From positions 1 to 64,000 of IMG/VR virus record IMGVR_UViG_3300048687_000070: a stretch of 64,000 bases of DNA; one strand, written 5' to 3'. A program made the position numbers and the translations under genes. The stretch is from a virus. Positions 28,486-37,642 of the stretch are shown here, one piece after another; position 1 is the stretch's first letter, and every line of letters starts with the position of its first letter. The notes below the pieces were generated by a model that was not told the origin of the DNA, did not search any database, and saw only the letters and a list, made by a program, of their open reading frames with translations.

Positions 28486-28913
28486 ACGCCAACCGTGTCG
28501 GCGCCGGCCAGCGCGAACGCCTCTACGCCTCCACCACCGTCACCTTCGACGGCGACCTCGACCTCATCGCCATCGACCGTGCCCTCAACGGTGAACACGT
28601 GAAACTCACCGCCGATGAGAAGCGGTACGCGGCACGGATCCTCGACGCCCGCGGATATGACTTGACTGCCATCGGGAAGCGCATCGGCTCCGACCGCACC
28701 ACCGTCGAGGGCTGGAAGAGGAACGACTGGAAGCCCGGCCCTTCGTCCATACCGCCGACGTACAGCCTCCCCGCCGAGCCGAAGTGCGGCGAGCCCCGCA
28801 TGTACCGCCGACACCTCAAGAACGGCGAGAAGCCGTGCGACGCCTGCCGCGCCGCCAACGCTGCCGCCGACCGCCGATACCGGCTCACCGGCAGCCGCGC
28901 ACCAGCCGCGTGA
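28482..28913 (+). CDS. HTH protein with C-terminal Cys motif
   Basis: GYDLTAIGKRIGSDRTTV; CGE...HLKNGEKPCDAC. Confidence 0.6.
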   Translation: MNANRVGAGQRERLYASTTVTFDGDLDLIAIDRALNGEHVKLTADEKRYAARILDARGYDLTAIGKRIGSDRTTVEGWKRNDWKPGPSSIPPTYSLPAEPKCGEPRMYRRHLKNGEKPCDACRAANAAADRRYRLTGSRAPAA

Positions 28914-28974
28914 CCGGCCGCCGCGCCGGGACCTGACCAACCCGCCTCACCCGCTCCGCCAGAGAGAAGTTCTC

Positions 28975-30000
28975 ATGCCCTGGGTCCGTTTGGACGATCG
29001 CTTCCCCTCGCACCGCAAGGTGGCGCTGCTGTCCGATCGCGCCTTCAGGCTGTACATCTCGGGCCTCTGCTGGTGCTCGGAGAACCTCACCGAAGGCAAG
29101 ATCCTCGACCGTGAACTCGCCGTCGTGTCCCGAGTCCGAGGCCTCAAGGCCGCCGCGAAAGAGCTCGAAGAAGCCCACCTGTGGGATCGGGTTAGCGGCG
29201 GCTGGCAGATCCACGACTACCTCGAATACAACCCCGAGCGCGCCAAGATCCAGGCCGATCGTCAGGCCAATGCCGCCCGGCAGCAGTCATTCCGCGACCG
29301 GAAGAAAGCGGAGCGCGCAGCCAAGAAGGTCGCCGAAGAAGCAGCCCGTAACGCCATGCGTAACGGCGTTACGGACCCTGCCGAGAACGGCGAAAACGAT
29401 ACGACGGCGACAGGAACGCGACACGACGACGACACGACGACGCGAGAAAGCCACGCGCAAAATCAGCGATCGTCGCAGGTCAGCGAGATTCGTAACGCCG
29501 TTAATAACGGCACCCCCGTCCCACTCCCCGTAGTTCCTCCTACGGAGGAACTACAACAACAGAAAGCTAGCTACGAAGAGCCCGCCCGCATCGGCGATCG
29601 CCCCCGCATCCCCGATGCCTCGCGCCCCCTCGTCGACAAGATCACCGCCCAAGGCATGGTCGTCGGCTGGGACCTGCAGCCCAACGAGTGGTTCCTCATC
29701 GACGCCCTCATCCGTCGCTGCGGCGTGGACGCCCTCGTCGTCTCCGCGGTCGGCAGCTGGCAGGGCGCCCGCAGACAGCCCCGTTCCGCCCGCTACTTCA
29801 TCCCGGCATGGCGAGACGTGCCCGACGCGATCACCCCAGAAGCGCCCCACGAACACTCCCTGCCCATCGCGGTCGGACAGGTCGTTCCGATCAACGGCCA
29901 GCAGCGCCCCGCCACTTCAGACCTCCGCACCCAACAGGCGATCGAGACCGGTCGCCGCCTGCAAGCCCTCGCCGACGCCAAGAACCAGGAGAACCGATGA
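28975..30000 (+). CDS. Replication initiator-like protein
   Basis: MPWVRLDDRFPSHRKV...WQIHDYLEYNP N-terminus; central low-complexity region with DNA repeats, as in lambda O-type initiators. Confidence 0.7.
   Translation: MPWVRLDDRFPSHRKVALLSDRAFRLYISGLCWCSENLTEGKILDRELAVVSRVRGLKAAAKELEEAHLWDRVSGGWQIHDYLEYNPERAKIQADRQANAARQQSFRDRKKAERAAKKVAEEAARNAMRNGVTDPAENGENDTTATGTRHDDDTTTRESHAQNQRSSQVSEIRNAVNNGTPVPLPVVPPTEELQQQKASYEEPARIGDRPRIPDASRPLVDKITAQGMVVGWDLQPNEWFLIDALIRRCGVDALVVSAVGSWQGARRQPRSARYFIPAWRDVPDAITPEAPHEHSLPIAVGQVVPINGQQRPATSDLRTQQAIETGRRLQALADAKNQENR
29347..29511. repeat. Putative replication origin iterons within initiator gene
   Basis: CGTAACG at 29347, 29359, inverted at 29367, and 29491; ACACGACG repeats 29401-29440. 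Confidence 0.55.
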
Positions 30001-30683
30001 TCAGCTACGAAGAGGCCGGACAGCTCCTAGGTCTCGCCGCCGCCCGAGACCAGCGCACCGTCGGAGACGCCGACGTCCTCGCCTGGCACGCAGACCTCAA
30101 CACGGCGGGCGTCTCCTACGCCGACGCCAGCGCCGCCCTCACCCGCTTCTACGCCGTCGACATGGCCGGCCTCGAACCCGAGAAGCGCCGCCGCGTCACC
30201 ACCCCCGACGTCATCGGCATCGCCCGCAAGATCCGCAACGAGCGCCTCGCCAACTTCACCTACGAACCGCCACCCGGTGACTCCGACCCGGACTATGTCC
30301 GGCGCCTCCGCGGCCAGATCGAAGCCACCGCCAGCGGGCAGGTACCGCCACCGCGGGAGCGCCCCGCCCTGGAGGGCGAGCCCAGCGCGCAGATGCGAGC
30401 CCTCGTTGCCGGGATCGGGCGCCCCGTCGCCGACACCGACGAGGAAGCCGCCGCGGAGGCCGAGCGCGACACCGTCCGCCGCTCCGGACCGCTCGGCCGG
30501 GAGTGCCCCAAGTGCGCGGCTGCCATCGGCCGGCCGTGTCGCACACCCCGCGGCAAGGAGCGTGCACCGCATCCGGCCCGCAAGGGCGAGACAGCGAACC
30601 CCGAGGAAGAGCGCGCCGAGATGGACCGGCGCCGCGCCGCCTCCGCCGCCTCCCTGCAACGCCGCCAAGAGGAGATCGCCTGA
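29997..30683 (+). CDS. Putative helicase loader-like protein with zinc finger
   Basis: AAARDQRTVGDADVLAW N-terminus after initiator; CPKC...PC...H. Confidence 0.55.
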   Translation: MISYEEAGQLLGLAAARDQRTVGDADVLAWHADLNTAGVSYADASAALTRFYAVDMAGLEPEKRRRVTTPDVIGIARKIRNERLANFTYEPPPGDSDPDYVRRLRGQIEATASGQVPPPRERPALEGEPSAQMRALVAGIGRPVADTDEEAAAEAERDTVRRSGPLGRECPKCAAAIGRPCRTPRGKERAPHPARKGETANPEEERAEMDRRRAASAASLQRRQEEIA

Positions 30684-30976
30684 TGGACGCCAACGACCCG
30701 CGCATGGACCTCGTCGACTGCGAGCTCGCCCGCATGCGCTACGAGGCCGGCGACACCGGCATCCAGATCGCAGAAGGCTGGGCGGCCGCCGCGGTGTACG
30801 CGATCCTCGCCGTCCACGAAGGCCGGGCCAAAGACCCGCGATCCTTCCCGGGCTTCGGTGACGGCACTCCGGAGGAGACAGCCCGCCGCATCGTCGCCCG
30901 GCTCCTCGACGCCGGATGGCGACCACCGGACGCCGAATGCCTCGACGTGCCGGAGATCCCGGAGTCTGCGTCGTGA
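30683..30976 (+). CDS. Hypothetical protein
   Basis: TGATG coupling. Confidence 0.5.
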   Translation: MDANDPRMDLVDCELARMRYEAGDTGIQIAEGWAAAAVYAILAVHEGRAKDPRSFPGFGDGTPEETARRIVARLLDAGWRPPDAECLDVPEIPESAS

Positions 30977-31290
30977 GCGACTTCGAGCCGGAGATCGACG
31001 ACATCCGGGCGATGCGCCGCGAGAACGGCGGCGCCGACCTGAAGGCGTTCCTCCGCCAGCAGATCGCGAACGGCCGCACCCGCCGTGAACAGCCCGCCGC
31101 AGGGCCGGTGTTGAAGCCGCCCGGCCACCGCCCCGGCGCCTGGCCGCCCGGTTGTAGCCCGCCCGGCCCACCGCCGGAACGCCAGATACCCGACCACGTG
31201 TGGCGGGCCGCAGCCCGCCACACCAGCAACGAGACCAACCGACCCGACGAGCCGTGCGACTGCGGCAACTGCCCTGAGGAGACCCGATGA
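30973..31290 (+). CDS. Hypothetical protein
   Basis: GTGA coupling. Confidence 0.5.
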   Translation: MSDFEPEIDDIRAMRRENGGADLKAFLRQQIANGRTRREQPAAGPVLKPPGHRPGAWPPGCSPPGPPPERQIPDHVWRAAARHTSNETNRPDEPCDCGNCPEETR

Positions 31291-31592
31291 CCCTGCATTC
31301 CGGCGCCCCGATGCCCGACAGCCTGCGGCACTTCATGCGCGCCAAGCAGCACCCGGCCCGCTCCGTGCCGTGCCCGCACTGCGGGGCGCACGCCCACCAG
31401 CCGTGCCATCTCCGCACTGCCAACCGGCAGTTGGTTCAGCCGCACCCGCAGCGGGTCTCGGACTGGGCGCAGACGACGGCCTGCTGCCCCGAGTGCCAGG
31501 TCGAGCCGGCCATCCAGTGCCACGACGACGGCCGCGCCCGCAACACCGTTCACGCCCGCCGCTACCAGGAAGCCGAGGAAGTCGCCGCATGA
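31287..31592 (+). CDS. Tandem zinc-finger protein
   Basis: Two CPxC...C...HxxR repeats. Confidence 0.7.
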   Translation: MTLHSGAPMPDSLRHFMRAKQHPARSVPCPHCGAHAHQPCHLRTANRQLVQPHPQRVSDWAQTTACCPECQVEPAIQCHDDGRARNTVHARRYQEAEEVAA

Positions 31593-31933
31593 CCGCCAAC
31601 CGCAAGGCTCGCACTGAGGGCGACACGGCGATCTCCCGGGTCGTGGGGCAGAACCTCAAGCGCCTGCGGGCCGCCCGTGGGCTGTCCCAGCGCCGACTGG
31701 TGGCACTGGCGCAGGAGAAGGGTTTCCGCCTCAATCACGCCTCGTACTCCCGAATCGAGCTGGGCCGCAATGCGAAGGGCGGGCTGCGCGCGGTCACCGT
31801 TGACGAACTGGTGGCCTACGCCACGGTTCTCGAGGTCCGGCCCGAGCGCTTGCTTGAGGAGCCGACGTGTCTCGCCTGCTGCGGCGCGCCGCCTGCAGGG
31901 TTCGCATGCCGCGAGTGCGGAGCCGAGTCGTGA
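31589..31933 (+). CDS. XRE-family HTH protein
   Basis: NLKRLRAARGLSQRRL...YSRIELG. Confidence 0.85.
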   Translation: MTANRKARTEGDTAISRVVGQNLKRLRAARGLSQRRLVALAQEKGFRLNHASYSRIELGRNAKGGLRAVTVDELVAYATVLEVRPERLLEEPTCLACCGAPPAGFACRECGAES

Positions 31934-32145
31934 CTGCGCTCGACCGCCTGATGGCGGAGTCTCTGCCGACAGGCACGTTCGGTCACGCCGTCCCCGAGAG
32001 GCCGCGCGTCCTCGAGCGGCGGTCCCTCTGGACGGCGACCGAGCAGGCCGCCCATGTGGCAGCGCTGGAAGCCGAGTTGGACCGCCTCGAAGGCCGTGGC
32101 ACCGGCAAGCCGGCGCTGCGGGTGATTGACGGCGAGGCCGCGTGA
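31930..32145 (+). CDS. Hypothetical protein
   Basis: Overlap-coupled ORF. Confidence 0.5.
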   Translation: MTALDRLMAESLPTGTFGHAVPERPRVLERRSLWTATEQAAHVAALEAELDRLEGRGTGKPALRVIDGEAA

Positions 32146-32347
32146 TGCCGCGCGTCGTGTCCCGCCTGGGTGACCGGTGGCCGCCCGGGTCGCGCCCGCG
32201 GGGCCTGTGCGGCGGTCTGGAGCACCGCTGGACGCCTCAACCCGGCCCCGGCGGCCCTCGCGTCGTCCGGGAGGCTCCTGGGCGCTCTCAGAGCCGCACA
32301 GGGCGTCGCGGCGCCACTGGCCTCAACCCCGGGCCGTGGGGCCGCGG

Positions 32348-32551
32348 ATGACCACCCCGCCCGCCCCGCGCTGCGCCGCCTGCCGTCGCCGCCTGAGGCG
32401 CCCCACCACATCGGGTCTCGGCCCGGTCTGCGAGAAGCGCCTCCAGCCCATCCACACCCCGACCGCCGCGAGCAGCGGGCCAGTGCCCGTGACCGACGGC
32501 CAGGTCGAACTGCCGCTGACCGAACACCAACCAACCCTCTGGAGCCTGTAA
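32348..32551 (+). CDS. DUF6011-like zinc-binding protein
   Basis: CAACRRRL...SGLGPVC. Confidence 0.65.
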   Translation: MTTPPAPRCAACRRRLRRPTTSGLGPVCEKRLQPIHTPTAASSGPVPVTDGQVELPLTEHQPTLWSL

Positions 32552-32988
32552 TGACCACACGAGTTCGCACCCATACGCCGGACCGCGAGAACCCGGACGG
32601 CTCGACGACGATCCACCTGAAGCGCGCCTGCAACGGCTGCGGTCTGAAGCTCGGTGACGTCGAGGACTGGGACGTCGACGACCGCGGTGAACTGACCGAC
32701 GTGCGTGACGAGTGCGCGCACTGCCAGCCGGTCGTCGAAGCGGAGCTCGCCGGCTGCCGTACCTGGGAGTTGCTGCCGCGGAACATCGCCCGCGTCGACA
32801 ACGACATCGACCAGTACGGGGTGTTCGCGAAGGGCCACTGGCAGGAGGTCGACGGCAAGCTGCAGGTTGTCGGGCTGCGCATCGGCGCGGGCGAGGACCG
32901 GGTGGTGGCCCGATTCGGCGACTGGATCATCCGCCGCCCGGACGGGACGTGGGCCGTGCACGCCGCGCCGAAGGAGGCGCAGCGATGA
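32551..32988 (+). CDS. Hypothetical protein
   Basis: TAATG coupling; ARFGDWIIR motif. Confidence 0.55.
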   Translation: MTTRVRTHTPDRENPDGSTTIHLKRACNGCGLKLGDVEDWDVDDRGELTDVRDECAHCQPVVEAELAGCRTWELLPRNIARVDNDIDQYGVFAKGHWQEVDGKLQVVGLRIGAGEDRVVARFGDWIIRRPDGTWAVHAAPKEAQR

Positions 32989-33194
32989 CCGATCCCCGTG
33001 TCCGCGCTCTCGCCGAGGCCTACCACCGCACCGTCCAGCCGAAGACCACGGAGCCCCGGGCGTGGAACGACCTGACCGGTGCCGAGCAGAACCGGCTCCT
33101 GTGGGACGCCGAGCGCTGGCTCACCGCAGCCGTCGAGGCCGGTATCGCACCCGCCCAAGAGATCAGCAGCCCGACCCGAAGGAGCAGCAAGTGA
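32985..33194 (+). CDS. Hypothetical protein
   Basis: ATGA coupling. Confidence 0.5.
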   Translation: MTDPRVRALAEAYHRTVQPKTTEPRAWNDLTGAEQNRLLWDAERWLTAAVEAGIAPAQEISSPTRRSSK

Positions 33195-33469
33195 CCACCT
33201 ACCGAATCGAGTTCGGCCCGGCCTGGCCCGTCCCGCCGATCACCGTCGACTTCAGTGACCGCACTCAGGCTGCCCGCACTGTCGCCGAGCACGCCATCCC
33301 TCACCTGCGTCCCGTCCTCGCCGAGAAGGGGCGGTCGGAGCTGGCGGACTGCTTCTTCCAGACCAACCGGGAGCTGACGGCGGGCCAGTTCATGTGGCTC
33401 GACCTGGCGGGCGAGAAGGCCGCCCAGTTCTGCCCGGCCCGGCTGACCGTCGTGGAGGCGCAGCGATGA
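33191..33469 (+). CDS. Hypothetical protein
   Basis: GTGA coupling. Confidence 0.5.
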   Translation: MTTYRIEFGPAWPVPPITVDFSDRTQAARTVAEHAIPHLRPVLAEKGRSELADCFFQTNRELTAGQFMWLDLAGEKAAQFCPARLTVVEAQR

Positions 33470-33858
33470 GTGCCCCGACTCGTATCCAGCGCCGCCGTAC
33501 CGCCGGGTGGCGCGCCCCGGAGGGTGCCGTGTATGTCGGTCGCCCGACCCGCTTCGGGAACCCGGCTCGCCTGATCCGTGTCGACCACGGCCAGTTGATC
33601 GTCCGCTGGGATCTGAACGGCATCCCTGTCGGCACTTGGCCGGCCGACGGAGTGGATGCCCGCCGCTACGCCACCGAGCTGTACGCATCGTGGATCAACC
33701 AGCCCGAGCAGGAGAGCGCCCGGAAGCTTTTCCGCGCCCTGCTGTATGGCCGCGATCTCCTGTGCTGGTGCCCGCTCCCGGAGCCCGGCCAGCCCGACCA
33801 CTGCCACGGTGCGGTGCTGCTGCGGCTCAGCAACTCGACGGCCGGGGTGCAGCGATGA
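33466..33858 (+). CDS. DUF4326 domain protein
   Basis: AVYVGRPTRFGNP...LYGRDLLCWCP...CHGAVL. Confidence 0.85.
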   Translation: MSAPTRIQRRRTAGWRAPEGAVYVGRPTRFGNPARLIRVDHGQLIVRWDLNGIPVGTWPADGVDARRYATELYASWINQPEQESARKLFRALLYGRDLLCWCPLPEPGQPDHCHGAVLLRLSNSTAGVQR

Positions 33859-34277
33859 CCGGCCAGCCCGCCGTGATCGAGTGCCTGTACGGCATTGAGG
33901 CCGGTCACTACGACGGCAACGACGAGTGGCAGCCGCAGCGTGTCGTCGCCTTCCGGATCACGAAGAAGACCGCTCGGCGGATCTACTACGACGCCAACCT
34001 GACCGGCAACCGGGCGGCGCAGATCCGCTTTGTGCCACGGCAGTTGATCGAGGCCGAGGGCACGGTCTGCCGCAAGTCCGCTGGTTGGTGGGAGTCCGAC
34101 CTTCAGCTGTGGCTGGAGCCGCCGCAGACATGGCCGCCCAAGCAGCAGCCGGACTTGAACCAGCTGAAGTCCGAGATGGCCGCAGCGCACCCCGACCGCG
34201 GCGGCACAGATGAGGCGTTCATCGCGGCCAGGCGCCGATACGAGGACGCAAAGGCCGCCAGCACCCCCGCCCCGTGA
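33855..34277 (+). CDS. Protein with C-terminal J-domain-like HPD segment
   Basis: MAAAHPDRGGTDEAFIAARRRYE. Confidence 0.6.
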   Translation: MTGQPAVIECLYGIEAGHYDGNDEWQPQRVVAFRITKKTARRIYYDANLTGNRAAQIRFVPRQLIEAEGTVCRKSAGWWESDLQLWLEPPQTWPPKQQPDLNQLKSEMAAAHPDRGGTDEAFIAARRRYEDAKAASTPAP

Positions 34278-34351
34278 TCACAGCAGCGCACCGCCCGGCG
34301 CGTATCCGGGCGGTGCTCCGCCGATCGTCCCACAGCCCACAGGAGAACCCC

Positions 34352-35353
34352 ATGACTGAGAAGCCCGAGACCTGCCCGAACTGCCATCACTCGCACCACC
34401 TGCCCGGCACTGAGTGCGCGACCCCGGTCAACCACGGCCCGAACCGATTCCACCTCTGCCTCTGCCTGGCCCGACCGGGCGCGGCGGCTGCTTGCCCGCC
34501 CCAGATGACCTGCCAGGGCGGGACGCTCGGATACAGCGACATCTGGTATCTCCAGCGCGGGCACACCGTGTCGACACCAGACGGAGAGATCTCGCCGGAA
34601 GTCCTGACCGCCGCCCCGTCTGCGCCCGCCGACCAGAACCTCCGCGACCGCATCCGCCGCGCGATTTGCGAGGCTGAGGGCTTCGCTTGGGACACCGACA
34701 TGCTGGAGCCCGACGAGTACGGCGAAGTCGCCGACGCCGTCCTGGCCGTCCTCCCCGCGGGGGCCACGGCTGACATCCGGAAGCTCGTCAAGCGCCTTGT
34801 CGCCCACGCGAAGGGCTTTCAGGACGTGCTCGACGAGGGCGATAGCGGGGCGTGGGGGAGGACGGTCGGCGCGGACATCGAGGAGCTGCGTGCCGCTGTG
34901 GTCGACCGTCCCGCGCCCGCCGACCGGGCCGCCGTGGCAGACGTCGCAGCGGCCATCGTCGCGGCGCTCCAGGAGCGGGCCGGTGAACTGTCCGATCTGG
35001 CCGAGGAGCAGATGCGCCCGAGCCTGGAAGAGCGAGCGCAGGAGTGGCGCGAGGCAGCGTCCGTCGCGCGCCGCATGGTCGACGAGGCGCAGCAGGCTCC
35101 GCCCGCCGTCGATCGCCGCGACGTGCAGGCCGTCCTCACCGAAACCGTCGCCGTGTACGCCGCCGACCGGCTCGGCGTGAGCGTGGCCGATGTCCTGGAC
35201 GCCGCCGCCGACGCTTCGGCCGCCAAGCGCGCCCCGACACGGCCTGCCGGGTGGGCGCAGGGCCGGGAGTGGAAAGCCGACCTGCTCCACCAGCAGGCCG
35301 ACGCGATGCGGGCCGCCGACGAGGCGCAGCAGGCGGGGGAGGGTCGTGGCTGA
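34352..35353 (+). CDS. Mosaic hypothetical protein
   Basis: RBS AGGAG; repeated APAD and DEAQQA linkers. Confidence 0.6.
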   Translation: MTEKPETCPNCHHSHHLPGTECATPVNHGPNRFHLCLCLARPGAAAACPPQMTCQGGTLGYSDIWYLQRGHTVSTPDGEISPEVLTAAPSAPADQNLRDRIRRAICEAEGFAWDTDMLEPDEYGEVADAVLAVLPAGATADIRKLVKRLVAHAKGFQDVLDEGDSGAWGRTVGADIEELRAAVVDRPAPADRAAVADVAAAIVAALQERAGELSDLAEEQMRPSLEERAQEWREAASVARRMVDEAQQAPPAVDRRDVQAVLTETVAVYAADRLGVSVADVLDAAADASAAKRAPTRPAGWAQGREWKADLLHQQADAMRAADEAQQAGEGRG

Positions 35354-35711
35354 CGACCAGGCGACGTGGGGCCGCTACGGAACGCCGTGCGCCAACGAGC
35401 GCTACCTCGCGCACTTCGGGCTGCAGGTCGATCCGTGGCGGCTCGATGAGTGCCGGGAGTGCGAGTTCTGCGGGAGCTGCCAGATCCACATCTGCTACCG
35501 CGACGACGCGTCCACGCTCCTGCACCGCGACTGGTTCAAGGACTTCGCGAACCCAGACGACACCGTGTGCGGGCATGTGGGCGGACCGGCGCATCTCGTG
35601 CCGAGCCAATACCAGCCCCGGCCCTGCCAGCTCCCGGCCGGCCATGAGGGCAAGCACCGGTCCCGCATGGGCTGGTCCTGGCCCGTCGCCAAGACAGCAC
35701 CCGCCAACTAG
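35346..35711 (+). CDS. Cys/His-rich hypothetical protein
   Basis: CRECEFCGSC; CQLPAGHEGKH. Confidence 0.5.
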   Translation: MADDQATWGRYGTPCANERYLAHFGLQVDPWRLDECRECEFCGSCQIHICYRDDASTLLHRDWFKDFANPDDTVCGHVGGPAHLVPSQYQPRPCQLPAGHEGKHRSRMGWSWPVAKTAPAN

Positions 35712-35732
35712 CCCACCCACCTGGAGGAATCC

Positions 35733-36131
35733 GTGTCATATCCGCAACTGCTCACCCCCGCCGAGAAGCTCACCGACGCGAAGGAGCGGCTGAGTATCCC
35801 GACGGTCGTCGCCATCTGCGGCTCCACCCGCTTCATGGACGACATGAACGCCGCCGACGCCGAGCTCACGTGGGCCGGCCACATCGTCGTCAAGCCCGGC
35901 TGCAACATGAAGCAGCCCCACGAACTGTGGGCCGACGAGACGGAAGCCGAGGCCGGGAAGCAGCGGCTCGACGATCTCCACCGGGCGAAGGTCAGGCTCG
36001 CCGACCAGGTGCTCGTCGTCGGCAACTACGTGGGCGACTCGACCCGCGCGGAGATCGCCTACGCGCGGGAGTTGGGCAAGCCCGTCACGTTCACCCACCC
36101 CGAGGTGGACCCGGCAGGGGATGCGGCCTGA
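35733..36131 (+). CDS. Nucleoside 2-deoxyribosyltransferase-like protein
   Basis: AICGSTRF...LHRAKVRLADQVLVV...YVGDSTRAEIAYARELGKPV. Confidence 0.65.
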   Translation: MSYPQLLTPAEKLTDAKERLSIPTVVAICGSTRFMDDMNAADAELTWAGHIVVKPGCNMKQPHELWADETEAEAGKQRLDDLHRAKVRLADQVLVVGNYVGDSTRAEIAYARELGKPVTFTHPEVDPAGDAA

Positions 36132-36394
36132 TGCCCCGATTCCGTAAGCGGCCTGTCGAGATCGAGGCGCAGCAGTTCACCCGCGAGACGTTCCGCGCCG
36201 GAGTCCGCTTCGTACCGCTCGACCAGTTCGGATCGGCCGGAGAGGCGGACGACGGCACCGTCTTCATGACCATCAAGACGCTCGAAGGCGTCATGCGCGT
36301 CGACGAAGGCGACTGGATCATCCGAGGCGTCGAAGGCGAGCACTACCCCTGCAAGCCCGCGATCTTCGACAAGACCTACGAGCCCGCCAACTAG
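36131..36394 (+). CDS. Conserved phage protein
   Basis: FRKRPVEIEA...IKTLEG...GDWIIRGVEGEHYPCKPAIF. Confidence 0.7.
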   Translation: MPRFRKRPVEIEAQQFTRETFRAGVRFVPLDQFGSAGEADDGTVFMTIKTLEGVMRVDEGDWIIRGVEGEHYPCKPAIFDKTYEPAN

Positions 36395-36458
36395 CCCACC
36401 CCCTTGGGGTGGGGCGGCATCCTCCGCCGCCCCACCCCGCACCGACAGGAGACGCACC

Positions 36459-37043
36459 GTGCATGATCCGCTGACCGTCGCGTTCGAGATCCGCCGCCCC
36501 TGGCCACGGACCGAAAACTGGAAGACTGAGCAAGCCGCGCGCACCGGACAGCGCTGGCAGATCGGCGCCGCCTTCTGGGTGCTCGCTGGCCGTGGCCTCT
36601 ACTGGCCCTGCATGATCACCGTCTGGCACCGGGACCCGTCTGGCTATGACGACACCACCTGTCACGGCAAGCGGTGGCGTCTCCACCTTCACCACTGGCG
36701 CATTCAGGTGTCGCTCCTACAGCATCTGCGCCGCCGCCTCCGTACCCGGTGCGCATGGTGCGGCGGGCGTGACCGAAAGGGTGACGCGATCAACGTGTCC
36801 CATGACTGGGACCGCCCGCGAACCCGGTGGTGGCAGGGCGAACGGGGTCTCTACCACCGCGACTGCTCGCTGATCAGGAGCGCTCACTCGACCTGCGTCT
36901 GTGATCAGCCCGTACTCGAACACGACGGGTGGGGGAGGTGCGCGCGCTGCACTCGTCACCGGAGCTACGGCGCGACAGCCGAGTGGATAGACCGGGCCCG
37001 AATGCTGTCTGCCCTCCCGCACGGAGAGCGGAGCCAGTCGTGA
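36459..37043 (+). CDS. Trp/Cys-rich hypothetical protein
   Basis: RBS AGGAG; MHDPLTVAFEIRRPWP. Confidence 0.55.
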   Translation: MHDPLTVAFEIRRPWPRTENWKTEQAARTGQRWQIGAAFWVLAGRGLYWPCMITVWHRDPSGYDDTTCHGKRWRLHLHHWRIQVSLLQHLRRRLRTRCAWCGGRDRKGDAINVSHDWDRPRTRWWQGERGLYHRDCSLIRSAHSTCVCDQPVLEHDGWGRCARCTRHRSYGATAEWIDRARMLSALPHGERSQS

Positions 37044-37237
37044 CCGCCCGCCGACAGCCCGTCATGCCGTCGCTGCGTATGTGGCAGATCCTCACCCGCT
37101 GCTACCGCGGCGAGAACCGCGGCGATGTCCTTGAACGCGCCCTCGTCATGCTCGCCAACGCCGACGGCCACCTGCTGCCCAACGGGCAGATCAAGAACGG
37201 CGTCGGCGGCAGGCCTGTCACCCGGAGGCCGTCATGA
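37040..37237 (+). CDS. Hypothetical protein
   Basis: GTGA coupling. Confidence 0.45.
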   Translation: MTARRQPVMPSLRMWQILTRCYRGENRGDVLERALVMLANADGHLLPNGQIKNGVGGRPVTRRPS

Positions 37238-37394
37238 CCGGCCCGTCGTCCACCCCCCGCGCCGAGCACACGCCCCGCCCCAACGTTTGGTGGATCACCA
37301 CCGTCGGATGGTCCGGCGAGCAGGTCATAGCCGACGACGCTCCCGACCCCAAGCCGAACCGGGCCACCCGACGAGCCGCACGACGGAGGAAGAA

Positions 37395-37601
37395 GTGAAC
37401 CGCCACACCGCCAACACGATCACCGACGAAGCCCTCGACGCCCTGTACGACGAGCTCGACGCCCTCCGCGTCCCCGGCGCCGACGGTGCGCCGACCGTGC
37501 CGCTGTACCGGTGGCAGGACGAACGCCGCCGCCGCGTCATAGCCGAACGCGAACTCGCCGGCGTCCGCGCCGAACTCGCCCGGCGCCGCAACCACCGCTG
37601 A
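37395..37601 (+). CDS. Hypothetical protein
   Basis: TANTITDEALDALYDEL motif. Confidence 0.5.
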   Translation: MNRHTANTITDEALDALYDELDALRVPGADGAPTVPLYRWQDERRRRVIAERELAGVRAELARRRNHR

Positions 37602-37642
37602 GCCACAGCCCGCCCCGCACGCCCGCCAAGGAGCACCACGCC

